Source: Armatimonadota bacterium (GTDB lineage: Bacteria; Armatimonadota; UBA5829; DTJY01). Taken from it: 64,000 nt of DNA. Position 1 is the first letter of the stretch. Each line of letters opens with the position of its first letter. Below the pieces are notes generated by a model. That model searched no databases and was not told the origin of the DNA. It was given only the letters and a program-made list of their open reading frames with translations. The translations under genes and the position numbers were made by a program. Where the stretch lies: assembly GCA_017993055.1 (NCBI GenBank), contig JAGONM010000020.1, forward strand, positions 4,075 to 68,074. Direction: 5' to 3'. Shown here one piece after another: positions 1-10,051 of this stretch.

Positions 1-2279
1 CGGTCTACTGCGCCCCCCTGAGCCAGGAGGATTTCCATAACCTGGACTATGCCCTCTACCTCACGGCATTCCTGGAGGCAGACGGCATGGTGGTGAAGAA
101 GGTGCGCTGCCACGACAAGGCGTACGGGAACTACGGCGCCTACGAGTGGTGGAAGATGGCCTCGCCGTACTGGCTCCAGCACACCGGGTACCCGTGCACG
201 GTCTACGGCAGCTACAGTGGATGCACGCTCGGTGACGGCGCGACCGAGGTGAACGACGACATCCGCGCCAGGCCGCTCGCGTCCGACTACGACGGCACGG
301 ACATCTATATCTCCCTGCACACGAACGGCCTGAACGGCGACTGCTACGGGGGCACCTGCCCGTCCGGCACGATCACCTACTACGACTGCGGCTCCGAGCA
401 CAAGAAGTGGTGTACCGTCAGCACCAACCTCGCCAACGCCGTTCACGACACCTTGATATCAACGATTCACAACGAAGTCGGTGACTCGTCGTGGACGAAC
501 AGGGGCAAGTCGAACTCGAACGGGGCATACGGCGAAATCCGCATCCCTGACCGGGCAGCGATCCTGATCGAACTCGCGTTTCACGACACCTGCGAGAACG
601 ATGCCGTCAAGCTGCGCGACCCGTTCTGGACCTCCGGCGCGATGTGGGGAATCTACAAGGGCGTCTGCACCTACTTCGGAACAACGCCTACCTGGGGATT
701 CTACTCCGACGAGTACGTGAGCGACACCATCCCCGCGCAACTGGCTCCGGGCGAGACCCGACAGGTCAGCATCACGCTGAGGAACAGGGGTGTCAACTGG
801 AACGAAGACAAGTCGTTCAGGCTCGGCGCCGTCGGTGACTCGGATCCGTTCACGGCGGCCACCCGCCACGCCATCTCCGGCAACGTCGCTCCCGGCCAGA
901 CGTACACGTGGACGTTCAGCCTGACCGCGCCGACGGTCGAGGGGAACTACGTGACCGACTGGCAGATGGTTCGAGACGGCGTGCAGTGGTTCGGCGCCGC
1001 GGTCACTCGCAGCATACAGGTAGGAGGGGCCGGCGACACCGAGCCTCCCACCGTCCCGGCGAATCTCTCCGCCGCGGCGGTATCTTCGACGCGCATAGAC
1101 CTGACCTGGACGCCCTCCACCGACAACAGCGGAGTCGTCTCGGGCTACAAGGTCTTCCGCAACGGCGGCTACCTGGACACCACGAGTTCCGCCGGCTACT
1201 CGGACACGAACTGCGCGTCGAACACGACCTATACCTATGCCGTGAGCGCTTTCGACGGAGCCTTGAACGAGAGCGCGCAGAGCGCGCCCGCGCAGGCGAC
1301 CACCCCTGCGGTGACCGATTTCATCATTGACAACCCGCAGGCGGCGTTCACCGGCACATGGCTCACGGGCACGTCGTCCGTGGACAAGTACGGCGACAAC
1401 TACAACTACATCAGCACGTCCACCGGCGAGACCGGCACGGCCGTCTGGCGCCCTACGGTAGAGATCGCCGGAAACTACGATGTCTTCTGCTGGTACCCGC
1501 AGGGAGCTAACCGCACTACGGCCGCTCCCTACATAGTCTACTGGGACGGCGGAAGCCAACAGGTCAACGTCAACCAGCAGGCCGGCGGCGGCCAGTGGGT
1601 CGGCCTCGTCGCGGCCAAGCCGTTCGCCGCGGGCACTGCCGGATACCTGAAGCTCGGGAACGGTACCGGCGAGGCCAGCTTGGTGGTCATGGCCGATGCG
1701 GCCCGGTTCACGAAGGTCGCCGGCGGAGACACCCAGCCGCCCACCGTGCCGACGAACCTGAGCGCGACGGCAGTATCGGGCAGCCAGGTCAACCTGGCGT
1801 GGACGGCCTCGACCGACAACGTCGGCGTGGCGGGGTACAAGATCTTCCGCGGCGGCACGCAGATCGGCACCAGCGCGACCAACAGCTACTCGGACACGAC
1901 CTGTGCGCCGAACACGACCTACACCTACACGGTGAGCGCGTACGACGCGGCGGACAACGAGTCGGCTCAGAGCAGTCCCGCTCAGGCGACCACCCCTGGC
2001 GACACTACGCCGCCGGTGATCTCGGGCGTGTCTGCGAGCGCCGGAGCCGGGAACTTCACCGCGAGTTGGACGACCAATGAGCCCGCTACCAGCCAGGTCG
2101 AGTACGGGCTGACGACATCCTACGGAAACCTGACGACGCTCGACGCGAACCTGGTCACCAGCCACTCCATGCAGGTGACCGGTCTGGCGCGCAGGACGAC
2201 CTATCACTACAGGGTGAGGTCGAAGGACGCATCGGGCAACGAGGCGATATCCGGAGACTACACCATCAAGACGAAGTAA
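1..2279 (+). CDS. 5'-partial secreted multidomain protein: N-acetylmuramoyl-L-alanine amidase-like (Amidase_3-like) domain followed by two fibronectin type III repeats and beta-sandwich/CBM-like domains
   Basis: Frame is open from nt 3 with no upstream stop, so the 5' end lies outside the window. ISLHTNG and ILIELAFHD motifs resemble Amidase_3. There are two FN3-like blocks (PPTVP.NLSA..VS...LTW..STDN.GV.GYK.FR.G). Stop at 2277-2279. Confidence 0.45.
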   Translation, partial: VYCAPLSQEDFHNLDYALYLTAFLEADGMVVKKVRCHDKAYGNYGAYEWWKMASPYWLQHTGYPCTVYGSYSGCTLGDGATEVNDDIRARPLASDYDGTDIYISLHTNGLNGDCYGGTCPSGTITYYDCGSEHKKWCTVSTNLANAVHDTLISTIHNEVGDSSWTNRGKSNSNGAYGEIRIPDRAAILIELAFHDTCENDAVKLRDPFWTSGAMWGIYKGVCTYFGTTPTWGFYSDEYVSDTIPAQLAPGETRQVSITLRNRGVNWNEDKSFRLGAVGDSDPFTAATRHAISGNVAPGQTYTWTFSLTAPTVEGNYVTDWQMVRDGVQWFGAAVTRSIQVGGAGDTEPPTVPANLSAAAVSSTRIDLTWTPSTDNSGVVSGYKVFRNGGYLDTTSSAGYSDTNCASNTTYTYAVSAFDGALNESAQSAPAQATTPAVTDFIIDNPQAAFTGTWLTGTSSVDKYGDNYNYISTSTGETGTAVWRPTVEIAGNYDVFCWYPQGANRTTAAPYIVYWDGGSQQVNVNQQAGGGQWVGLVAAKPFAAGTAGYLKLGNGTGEASLVVMADAARFTKVAGGDTQPPTVPTNLSATAVSGSQVNLAWTASTDNVGVAGYKIFRGGTQIGTSATNSYSDTTCAPNTTYTYTVSAYDAADNESAQSSPAQATTPGDTTPPVISGVSASAGAGNFTASWTTNEPATSQVEYGLTTSYGNLTTLDANLVTSHSMQVTGLARRTTYHYRVRSKDASGNEAISGDYTIKTK

Positions 2280-2290
2280 CCATAGCGGCG

Positions 2291-2330
2291 AAAAGGGGGT
2301 CCGCGTCTACGCGGACCCCCTCAAAACGTT
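2291..2330. terminator. Bidirectional intrinsic terminator hairpin between convergent genes
   Basis: aaaaGGGGGTCCGCG-tcta-CGCGGACCCCCtcaaaacgttt: 11-bp GC stem with a 4-nt loop, A-run upstream and T-containing tail downstream. It lies between the + gene stop (2279) and the - gene stop (2347). Confidence 0.65.
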
Positions 2331-2346
2331 TCCCTTGCCCCGACTG

Positions 2347-3936
2347 CTACAGCTTCTCCAGCCCGAAACCGAACTTCGCGTATCCCGGAATCGAGACGGG
2401 CAGCTTGCCGACAGGTTGTATCCTGCCGAAAAGCATGTCCGCCGCGGCCTGAACTGTCGCGTCCGGGTAACCGTAGGTCGCCACGCTGGCCTTGGCGTCG
2501 GGGTAGTGGCAGAGGTCGTATGGCTCCCGCGCGGCGATGATCACCGCCGGCCTTCCGTTCCCGGTCTCGGACTTCGGGTCCGGCCGCACCAGTTCCCTGG
2601 TCCACGGTTCGGACTGGCAGGTGGTGAGGATGACGACCTTCGACTGCTTGATCAGCTCCCTGACCGCCGCGAGTTCCTTCTCCGTCGGCTCGTTGCTGAT
2701 CCGGGCAAGCCTGGTGTTGGGATGGTACTTCCTGAGCGCGGCGGCGAACTGCTCGGTCGCGGGATGCAGCCCCGCCACCAGGACCTGGTCGGTCTTCATG
2801 AGCTTGAGCGGGAGGACCGCCCCGTCGTTCCTCAGCACGGTGACCGAACTCTCGGCGATCTCGCGCTCGAGGCTTCGGTTGGTCTCCGTCCCGACCGATT
2901 CTCTGACCGTGGAGATGTCCGTTGTCCGCCGCTGATCGAGCCCGTACTCGCTCTTGACGGCCATAATGCGCGCGACCGACTCCTCGATGCGCTCTTCGGA
3001 TATCTCGCCGGACTCGACCGCCTTCAGAAGAGCGGTGCGGATCTGCGCCTGCGCCTCCAATGTGTGGCTCGCGAGCAGAATGTCGGTCCCGGCCTTCACG
3101 GCGAGCACCGACGCTTCCCCGACGCCGTAGTTGGCGGTGACCGCCTTCATCTCCATGCAGTCGGTAACGATCAGGCCGCCGAACCCCATGTGCTTTCGGA
3201 GGAGGCCGGTCAGAACGGCCGGAGAGAGCGTCGCCGGCATGCTGGGGTCGAGCGCGGTGAAGACTATGTGCGTGCTCATGACCATCGCGACTCCGGCCTT
3301 GATGCACGCCCTGAACGGGGCCAGCTCGACCTTGTTCAGCCGTTTGCGCTGATACGGTATGCTCGGCATCGAGAGGTGCGTGTCGGTGGACGTGTCGCCG
3401 TGGCCGGGGAAATGCTTCGCGCAGGCCATGATCCCGTTGGACTGGAAGCCCTCGACCGCCGCCGCCCCGAGTTCGGACACCATCTCGGGCGACTCGCCGT
3501 ACGACCTGATGCCGATGATCGGGTTCAGCGGGTTGTTGTTGACGTCCACGCACGGCGCGAAGTTTGTGTTCACGCCGACGGCGGCCAACTCGCGCGCGAT
3601 CGCCCCGGCGCATTCCCGCGCGAACTCGGCGGAGCGCGTCGCCCCCAGCGCCATGTTGCCCGGGAACGTCGTGAAGGGGTGCTTCATCCGGGTGATGAGG
3701 CCGCCCTCTTGGTCCGCCGCGATGAACATCGGAATGTCCGAGCGCCCCTGAAGCTCGTTCAGGGTGGATGCGATCTGCTCGGGCCCGCGAACGTTTCGGC
3801 CGAGCAGGATTATGCCTCCGACCTTGAAGTCGTCCGTCAGGATCTTGGAATGGGTGCACAGATTCTGGTTGTCGTGCTCGGTCTGTCCCTGCCAGCCGAA
3901 CATGAGCATCTGGCCGATCTTCTCCCTGATGTCCAA
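2347..3936 (-). CDS. Glycoside hydrolase family 3 beta-N-acetylhexosaminidase (NagZ-like) with C-terminal extension
   Basis: KHFPGHGDTSTDTH motif characteristic of the GH3 N-terminal domain. 529 aa. TTG start with GAGAGGTAAGGA RBS. Only 9 nt downstream of the dppA-like stop, so probably an operon. Confidence 0.7.
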   Translation of the reverse strand: MDIREKIGQMLMFGWQGQTEHDNQNLCTHSKILTDDFKVGGIILLGRNVRGPEQIASTLNELQGRSDIPMFIAADQEGGLITRMKHPFTTFPGNMALGATRSAEFARECAGAIARELAAVGVNTNFAPCVDVNNNPLNPIIGIRSYGESPEMVSELGAAAVEGFQSNGIMACAKHFPGHGDTSTDTHLSMPSIPYQRKRLNKVELAPFRACIKAGVAMVMSTHIVFTALDPSMPATLSPAVLTGLLRKHMGFGGLIVTDCMEMKAVTANYGVGEASVLAVKAGTDILLASHTLEAQAQIRTALLKAVESGEISEERIEESVARIMAVKSEYGLDQRRTTDISTVRESVGTETNRSLEREIAESSVTVLRNDGAVLPLKLMKTDQVLVAGLHPATEQFAAALRKYHPNTRLARISNEPTEKELAAVRELIKQSKVVILTTCQSEPWTRELVRPDPKSETGNGRPAVIIAAREPYDLCHYPDAKASVATYGYPDATVQAAADMLFGRIQPVGKLPVSIPGYAKFGFGLEKL

Positions 3937-3945
3937 CTTGCGTCC

Positions 3946-4761
3946 TTACCTCTCTGCGCCGGCGAGTCTCGTCATCGTCAGGAACCCGCGGTACGCTCCC
4001 AGGAAATCGTCCGAAGCGTAGCCGATGGTCGTCGCGTCTTCCCTGACCGCCCCCGGCATGATCCCGGCCGCGTCCGCGAGCCCGGTGTTCGTGAATGCCA
4101 GTTCAAATCTTATAGGCGGTTCCAGGCTGAACGGCTCGAACTCCGGCAGCCTGTCGAACAGTCCAGCCGCCGCCGTCCTGATCCGCTCCCTCGCGGCCTC
4201 CGGGTGAAGGCAGTCGGCCGCGTACCTCGTGATAGGCTCCTTGACCGCGACCGCTTCGACCGGGCCGAGGCTCGACAGCGCCTCCCTGCACGCGGTGGAA
4301 TCGCCGGTCACCATCACCACCGGCACGCCGAAGTATCCCGCCACCGCCGCGTTTATCGTGATCTCGCCCACCAGGCGCGAGTTGAGTTTCGCCGAATAGA
4401 TCGTCCCGTTGTACGTGTGGCTCAGGACCGCCGCCGTCCCGGCTCCCGCGTGATATCCCACGAAGACCGCCGCGTCGAACGTCTCGTCAATTCCCTGCAT
4501 CATCGAGAGCGGAGACCCTCCGCCCGTTATCAGGCGGACCCTCGGGTCGGCCTCCGCGATCTTGATGTTGCGCCCGTTCGCGTGCGAGTCGTTGACGAGA
4601 ATCTCGGTCGCGCCGCCGTCGTAGAGACCTTCCACCGCCGCGCGGAGTTCCCCGGCCATCAGAGCGCGGGCGTCCTCGTATGACGGGTTGCCCGCCGAGG
4701 TCTGTTCCCAGTTCACTACGCCGCTGATGCCTTCCATGTCAACGGAAACGAACACCTTCAC
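3946..4761 (-). CDS. D-aminopeptidase DppA family (peptidase M55)
   Basis: N-terminal KVFVSVDMEGISGV is the typical DppA/M55 start. ORF track gives 3946..4788; trimmed here to a GTG start at about 4761. Confidence 0.6.
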   Translation of the reverse strand: MKVFVSVDMEGISGVVNWEQTSAGNPSYEDARALMAGELRAAVEGLYDGGATEILVNDSHANGRNIKIAEADPRVRLITGGGSPLSMMQGIDETFDAAVFVGYHAGAGTAAVLSHTYNGTIYSAKLNSRLVGEITINAAVAGYFGVPVVMVTGDSTACREALSSLGPVEAVAVKEPITRYAADCLHPEAARERIRTAAAGLFDRLPEFEPFSLEPPIRFELAFTNTGLADAAGIMPGAVREDATTIGYASDDFLGAYRGFLTMTRLAGAER

Positions 4762-4802
4762 GAAACAGACCTCCGCGCGCCCAATCATTCACTGCTTATT
4801 CG

Positions 4803-4831
4803 ATTATATCCCCGCGGGGTTCTTTCGTCAA
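4803..4831 (-). promoter_or_regulatory. Near-consensus sigma70 promoter (-35 TTGACG, 17-bp spacer, -10 TATAAT) reading toward the dppA-nagZ operon
   Basis: Reverse complement of 4803-4831 reads TTGACGaaagaaccccgcggggaTATAAT. It sits in an AT-rich island about 35 nt upstream of the dppA-like start. Confidence 0.5.
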
Positions 4832-4975
4832 GAGTTTTATGTAAACGTTTACTATTTCTTTTCTGCGAGGCAAACGGTGCGTTTGGAGAGAAGCGGGCGA
4901 ATGTATGCTCGCACATCTCCCGCTGACTAAGCCCGTCCCATGCTCTTAACTCGGCATCTGAGATACGATCGGCGC

Positions 4976-6622
4976 CTACTCGTCCGTCGGGTCGTGGATC
5001 CGATAGGTCGCCGCCCCGAGCGTGATTCCCCCGGCAGCTACGGTAAGCGCGACGGCGATCACCGCCGAGGCCGTCATCGCGGGCGGTGCGTGGAGCAACC
5101 ACAAGATGGCGCCGACCGCCAGCGGAGGGCCTATGCTCAACACGCTGAACAGCATGCTCAGCAGGTTCGCTATCCACTGCTGGGACATGTCGCCCCAGTT
5201 GGGGTAGAGCACCGCCACTGTCGTCTGGGAGCAGATCGTTCCGTAGGCGACGAACGGAAGCGCGACACCGGATATGATCATCAGGTCGGAGGTGGGCGCT
5301 CCCAGCAGGAACACCGCCGATCCGAAAAGCAGCCAGATCAACGCCCAGACCATCAGTCCGGCGTTGGCGGTCTCGGCGACCATCAGCCACCACGGTGAGA
5401 TCGGCATCGGCTTGAGGATGTTCACCTGCTTGAGATCGGCCCTGAGCATCTGCCCCATGAACATGGCCAGCATATAGCTCATGTAGAGCGCAATGCCGGT
5501 CATAGCCTGGGGCGCGAGTGCGAGCAGTCCTCTGTCCCTGATGACCGCGCGGCCGAGCAGCGCGGCGACCGGGATGACAATCAGAGCGCCGATCATCGCC
5601 GACCGGCTCATGCGCAGCGAGAGCAGCATGTTCTTCCACAGGATGGCGGTCGCCCCGCGACCGAATGGAGTTACGATCGTGGCCGTCGAATGCTTCCGAC
5701 CGCGCGCCAGCTCAGTGCGAAGCCTGCTGACATCGCCTGACTTCTTTGCCTCTCTGATCAACGCGCTTCTCGTGCTTGCAGCCAGGGACGGCTCGTACGG
5801 GTTCTCCTTCCGTGCGAGCACCATCGCCATGGTCCCGATCGCCATGGTTCCGAGGGCCGCCAACTGCCACGCGTGAGCCGGCTGCCACCCGTTGATGCCG
5901 GCCAAGGCCAGCCCCGACACCCATACCGCGGGCGCCGCTAGCCAGACCAGTATCGGCTGGTGGATCAGCGCAGCGATGGCGGAAGCCGCATCGCCGGTGC
6001 GAGCATATGCCCCGTAGACGGTCGCTCCCGCCAGGACCAGGATGCCGAGTCCCAGCGCCTGCACGGATCTCTTCTGCCACCGCTTCTCCACCGTGCCGTG
6101 TGCCACGATCAGGTTGATGACTGTCGAAAGATTGATGATCGTGATCGCGTAGAGGACGATTGACAGCCAGGCGACCAGGTCCAGGATCGGGATGGACGCA
6201 ACCATTCGAGACGCCTGCATCCCGATGAACACGCCCATCAGGGCTAGCAACAGAGCGAACTTGGCGTATATGGCGCCCAGCTTCAGGCCCATGATGATCC
6301 GACGGTCGATCGGCATGGCGATCAGGACATCCATCTCCGCCTGGCTGTAGATGATCAGGCTGTTCGAGAACGCGTGGGCGATCGCGCCCAGCGAGATCCA
6401 GATCGTGACGAAGAGCAGAATGGACTGCATCATTTCCACGAGCTGTCCCACTATTGGCGGCTGTTGGTTCATTCCCCTGGTGGCAGCGAACGCCTGCATC
6501 AGCACGAAGAAACCTATCCAGACGATGAAGAGCACCGTCGGGATCAGGCGCTTCGGCGTCCGAAGGGTGATCCGGACCAGGTTCGCGAGTTGGCGGCACT
6601 CAAGGTACAGCAGGGGTCTCAA
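4976..6622 (-). CDS. ABC-2 type exporter permease (polytopic membrane protein)
   Basis: 548 aa, highly hydrophobic with many predicted TM segments. Overlaps the upstream ATPase gene by 23 nt. Confidence 0.5.
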   Translation of the reverse strand: MRPLLYLECRQLANLVRITLRTPKRLIPTVLFIVWIGFFVLMQAFAATRGMNQQPPIVGQLVEMMQSILLFVTIWISLGAIAHAFSNSLIIYSQAEMDVLIAMPIDRRIIMGLKLGAIYAKFALLLALMGVFIGMQASRMVASIPILDLVAWLSIVLYAITIINLSTVINLIVAHGTVEKRWQKRSVQALGLGILVLAGATVYGAYARTGDAASAIAALIHQPILVWLAAPAVWVSGLALAGINGWQPAHAWQLAALGTMAIGTMAMVLARKENPYEPSLAASTRSALIREAKKSGDVSRLRTELARGRKHSTATIVTPFGRGATAILWKNMLLSLRMSRSAMIGALIVIPVAALLGRAVIRDRGLLALAPQAMTGIALYMSYMLAMFMGQMLRADLKQVNILKPMPISPWWLMVAETANAGLMVWALIWLLFGSAVFLLGAPTSDLMIISGVALPFVAYGTICSQTTVAVLYPNWGDMSQQWIANLLSMLFSVLSIGPPLAVGAILWLLHAPPAMTASAVIAVALTVAAGGITLGAATYRIHDPTDE

Positions 6623-7391
6623 CTTGTTCGGCCTCTTCGGTGAGCTTGAGGAATACGTCTTCCAGTGTCGCGTCGGAGCGCATCTGAGCGCGCTCGTGCA
6701 GCTCGCCGAGTGTGCCCTCGGTCACGACGTGCCCCCGGTCAATGATAAGTATCCGGTCGCAGAGCCGCTCAGCCGTGTCGAGCATGTGCGTGCTGACCAG
6801 GATCGAGCACCCGGCCGCCTTCGCCTCGAGCATCATGTTCTTCAACTCGCGCGCGCCCTTGGGGTCGACGCCGATCAGCGGCTCGTCGAAAAGGACCACC
6901 TGGGCGTCGTGGATGAATGCGCATGCCACCGCGAGCTTCTGCTTCATGCCCTTCGAGAGCGTCGCCACAAGCTCATTCTTCTTCTCGTCGAGGTCGAACT
7001 TCTCGAGCAGAGAGTTCGCTCTCTCTTCGAACTTGTCGAGGGTGTCGTAGGCCATCGCGATGAATCTGAGGTGCTCGTGGACGGTGAGCATCTCGTAAGG
7101 GTTCGGCGTCTCGGGGACGAACGCGAGGTTCTTCTTCGCGCCGGTCTCGTCCTTCGCCAGGTCGTGCCCGGCGACTTCGATGCGCCCGGAGGTAGGCCGG
7201 ATTATGCCGGCGATGGAGCGCAGGATGGTCGTCTTCCCAGCGCCGTTCGGGCCGAGCAGCCCGAGGATCTCACCGTCGGCGACGGTGAAACTGATGCCGT
7301 CCACGGCGAGCGTGGTCTTGTACTGCTTCCTCAACTGGTCTACGATCAGCACGTGCTTGCTCCCTGTCGAGCGCATCAGTTCGCCGGGCAC
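6600..7391 (-). CDS. ABC transporter ATP-binding protein
   Basis: Walker A GPNGAGKTT, ABC signature LSKGMKQKL and Walker B VVLFDEP. Confidence 0.8.
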   Translation of the reverse strand: MPGELMRSTGSKHVLIVDQLRKQYKTTLAVDGISFTVADGEILGLLGPNGAGKTTILRSIAGIIRPTSGRIEVAGHDLAKDETGAKKNLAFVPETPNPYEMLTVHEHLRFIAMAYDTLDKFEERANSLLEKFDLDEKKNELVATLSKGMKQKLAVACAFIHDAQVVLFDEPLIGVDPKGARELKNMMLEAKAAGCSILVSTHMLDTAERLCDRILIIDRGHVVTEGTLGELHERAQMRSDATLEDVFLKLTEEAEQVETPAVP

Positions 7392-7403
7392 CGGTCACTT
7401 CCC

Positions 7404-8219
7404 CTACCGCATCTCCTGCCCGCCGGTGACGTTGATCGCCTGGCCCGTCATGTAGCTCGACTGCTCGGACGCCAGGAAGACCACCACGTTCGTCACATCA
7501 TCGTAGGCGCATCCTCGTCCGAGCGGCACCTGGCCGAGGTACTTCTCCTTCACCTGCTCGACGGTGATCCCCTGCGTGCGCGCGTACTGCTCGAAGAGGC
7601 TGTCCTGCCAGAGCGTGCCGTCGAGGAGGTTGCCGGGGCAGATCGCGTTCACCCGGACGCCGTGCGGCGCCATCTCAAGCGCGAGGCTCTGCGTCAAACC
7701 GATCCCGCCGAACTTGCTCGCGGCGTAGGCGGAGTTCTTGAAACTGCCCTTCTTGCCGGACTTCGAGTTGATCTGGATGATGTTTCCGCTCTTCTGCGCG
7801 ACCATCACCTTCGCCGCCTCGCGTGCGCAGATGAAGTAGCCGACGAGGTTTACATCTATCACCTTCCGCCAGTCGGCTGTCGAGAACTCGGTGACCTCCT
7901 CCGCCTTGAGGATTCCGGCGTTCGAGACCATGATGTCGAGCTTGCCGAACTCCCGGACGGCAAGTCGAACCATCTCGACGACCTGCTCGTCGTTCGTGAC
8001 GTCCACCTTGAAGCCGACGGCCTTACGACCGGTGGTCTTGACGATGTCCTCCGCGACCTTCTGCGCGTTCTCGAAGACGATGTCGCCCAGGAGGACATCG
8101 CATCCCTCGGCCGCGAGTCGCCGGGCAATCGCCTCGCCAAGCCCCTGCCCGGCGCCCGTCACGATGGCGGCCTGCCCCGCCAATGCCTTGCACTCAATCA
8201 CGCTCTTACTCCTCGTCAT
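7404..8219 (-). CDS. SDR family NAD(P)-dependent oxidoreductase (sorbitol-6-phosphate dehydrogenase-like)
   Basis: AIVTGAGQGLGEAIA glycine-rich motif, NAG, and YAASKFGG catalytic Y-x3-K. The ORF-track N-terminus (MGRMGHMGPM) is an artefact of the ATGGGAC repeat array, so trimmed to the ATG at 8217-8219. Confidence 0.75.
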   Translation of the reverse strand: MTRSKSVIECKALAGQAAIVTGAGQGLGEAIARRLAAEGCDVLLGDIVFENAQKVAEDIVKTTGRKAVGFKVDVTNDEQVVEMVRLAVREFGKLDIMVSNAGILKAEEVTEFSTADWRKVIDVNLVGYFICAREAAKVMVAQKSGNIIQINSKSGKKGSFKNSAYAASKFGGIGLTQSLALEMAPHGVRVNAICPGNLLDGTLWQDSLFEQYARTQGITVEQVKEKYLGQVPLGRGCAYDDVTNVVVFLASEQSSYMTGQAINVTGGQEMR

Positions 8220-8268
8220 AGGCCCCATATGTCCCATCCGTCCCATCCGTCTAATAGGACGAATGGGC
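8220..8268. repeat. Family B array of 9-bp periodic ATGGGAC/GTCCCAT units
   Basis: ggccccatatGTCCCATccGTCCCATccgtctaataggacgaATGGGCCtag. Fills the whole 49-nt spacer between the MDR stop and the SDR start. Confidence 0.55.
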
Positions 8269-9972
8269 CTAGCCGGCCATCACCCTCAGCAGCTCCGCCT
8301 CCGCCTCGCGGTTCCAGAACATGCCGTCGGTGAGTTTCGCGTAGACCGTCGGCAGCTTGTCCTTCAGATCGGGCACCGCCGTCAGCGGGAGGTCCTTGAT
8401 CTGCGGATAGATCACGACCTTGCCGGGATACGTCCCTTCCTTCGCCGCCTTCATGCCCTCCCACGACGCCTCGATCCCGCCGATCGCCGCCACCGACGTG
8501 TTTGTCGAGATCTTGCCCGACTCGGCCGCGTGGAGCGTGTCGAGCATGTCGCTTACCTTCGAGCCGCTGCTGCCCACGAACCGGACGTTGCTCATGAAGA
8601 CGCCGCTCAGGTCCATGCTCACGATCGTGCCGATCGGCACTCCCGCGAAGATGTTCATCAGGCCCTCGTCGGCGAGGTATCCCACCGCCTGCTCGATCAA
8701 TGCAGGCACGGGCGCGAGCATCACGATGTCGTCGAAGCAGTTGCCGTCCGTGAACGCCTCGATCAGCTTGTCGAAATCGTCCGCGCTCATCTCGTTCGGG
8801 TTCACGATAAGGAGCTCGATGCCGCGCCTCCGGGCTATCGGCTCGAACCGCTCGCGCAGGCTGTTCAGGCGCGCGGTGTCAATATCGGTGGCGAGCACCT
8901 TCTTCGGGCCGTCCTCCATTTCGAGCGCGCGCGGGAGGTGCATCTGCCCCATCGGTCCGCCCGTGCCTACGAACCACGCCGTCCCGCCGGCTCTCAACTC
9001 GCTCGGCATGCGGACCGGCTCGTAAGCGGATCCGATGTGCCTGCTCATCGTGCCGATGTAGGAGTGGTTCCAGTAGTGGACCTTGCCGACGTCTATGTTG
9101 ATCGGGCGGGTGAGCGGCTCCTCTGAGACGATGTTCATGATCCCCTGCTTGCCGAGGAGCGTCGCCGCCTTCTCGATCACATCCGGGTTCGCGCCGAGCA
9201 CGATTATGTCGTCGAAGCCGCCGTGCTTCTGCTCGAACGCCTCGAAGTCAATGGACTCGAAGGCGTCGGTCTCCCTCAGCTTGAAACGGCCGGCCTCCGA
9301 CCAGAACTTGAGCTGGTCCATCATCGGCCAGTCGAGTTCCGTCGCGACCACCAGCTCGGGCTCCACCTCGAAGTCGAGCGCGTAGTCGCCGTCGTCCATC
9401 GCCGCGCCGATGATCCAGAGCTTCCCGCCGGGCTTGATTGACTTCCGGCGGGTTATCTTGTAGCTCGCCACGACGCAAGCCCAGGGCTCGGCGAGAGCGG
9501 CCTCGGCGTATCCGGTCGAGTCGGCCATAGGTAGCAGGTAGCATCCCTCGTCGCCGTCGAGCATCTCCTTGCCGATCACCTGGTACTGGGTCTGCGCGCC
9601 GGGGAGGACGTACCCGAAGGCCATGCTCACGCCGTTCACGAAGACGTCGGCCTGGACGGTGAACCGCTGGCCGATCTTGAACCGGTCCGCCACCTTCTCG
9701 CCGACGCCCACGACGGTGACCGCCGCCTCGTGGCCGAGCGTAACGGGGTCATTCACCATATCGCGCCCGGTGATCCGGGGGTGCAGGTTGCCCTGGTTGA
9801 TCACCTTGATGTCGCTGAAGCAGATGCTCACGGCATCCACCCGGACCAGAAGCTCCTCCGGCCCGTACTCCGGCATCGGGTGCTCAACCGGCTTCCCGTC
9901 CTTGCCGAAGTTCTCCAGCCCCGCGCCGTAGAGATACCAGGTCAGTATCTTATCAGGAAGTGTATCGCTCAT
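8269..9972 (-). CDS. Zinc-binding alcohol dehydrogenase (MDR) family protein with C-terminal extension
   Basis: GHEAAVTVVGVG zinc-ADH signature in the N-terminal half. 567 aa. Confidence 0.5.
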   Translation of the reverse strand: MSDTLPDKILTWYLYGAGLENFGKDGKPVEHPMPEYGPEELLVRVDAVSICFSDIKVINQGNLHPRITGRDMVNDPVTLGHEAAVTVVGVGEKVADRFKIGQRFTVQADVFVNGVSMAFGYVLPGAQTQYQVIGKEMLDGDEGCYLLPMADSTGYAEAALAEPWACVVASYKITRRKSIKPGGKLWIIGAAMDDGDYALDFEVEPELVVATELDWPMMDQLKFWSEAGRFKLRETDAFESIDFEAFEQKHGGFDDIIVLGANPDVIEKAATLLGKQGIMNIVSEEPLTRPINIDVGKVHYWNHSYIGTMSRHIGSAYEPVRMPSELRAGGTAWFVGTGGPMGQMHLPRALEMEDGPKKVLATDIDTARLNSLRERFEPIARRRGIELLIVNPNEMSADDFDKLIEAFTDGNCFDDIVMLAPVPALIEQAVGYLADEGLMNIFAGVPIGTIVSMDLSGVFMSNVRFVGSSGSKVSDMLDTLHAAESGKISTNTSVAAIGGIEASWEGMKAAKEGTYPGKVVIYPQIKDLPLTAVPDLKDKLPTVYAKLTDGMFWNREAEAELLRVMAG

Positions 9973-10051
9973 ACTCGTGCTCCTACTCGTGATCGTACTC
10001 GGCGGCCGGTCCGACGGTCATGAATGTGCTCCACTCGCAGCACCGTCCAGT

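Noticed and set aside
459-2207. 582-aa minus-strand ORF antisense to the amidase/FN3 gene. Similar long antisense ORFs include 2321-3859(-), 2335-4683(+), 6351-8333(+), 12773-15721(-), 15888-17150(-), 18597-20483(-), 27686-28726(+) and 47403-50174(+).
   Set aside because: These are high-GC genomes' typical stop-poor antisense frames. Their translations are Arg/Gly/Pro-rich low-complexity, and they overlap genes with clear family signatures on the opposite strand.
7404-8246. N-terminal MGRMGHMGPM / MGPMSPTGPM-type extensions on the SDR (8246) and the fucosidase (32850).
   Set aside because: These are produced by ATG triplets inside the Family B ATGGGAC repeat arrays. Conserved protein N-termini and RBS positions support the downstream starts at 8219 and 32802.
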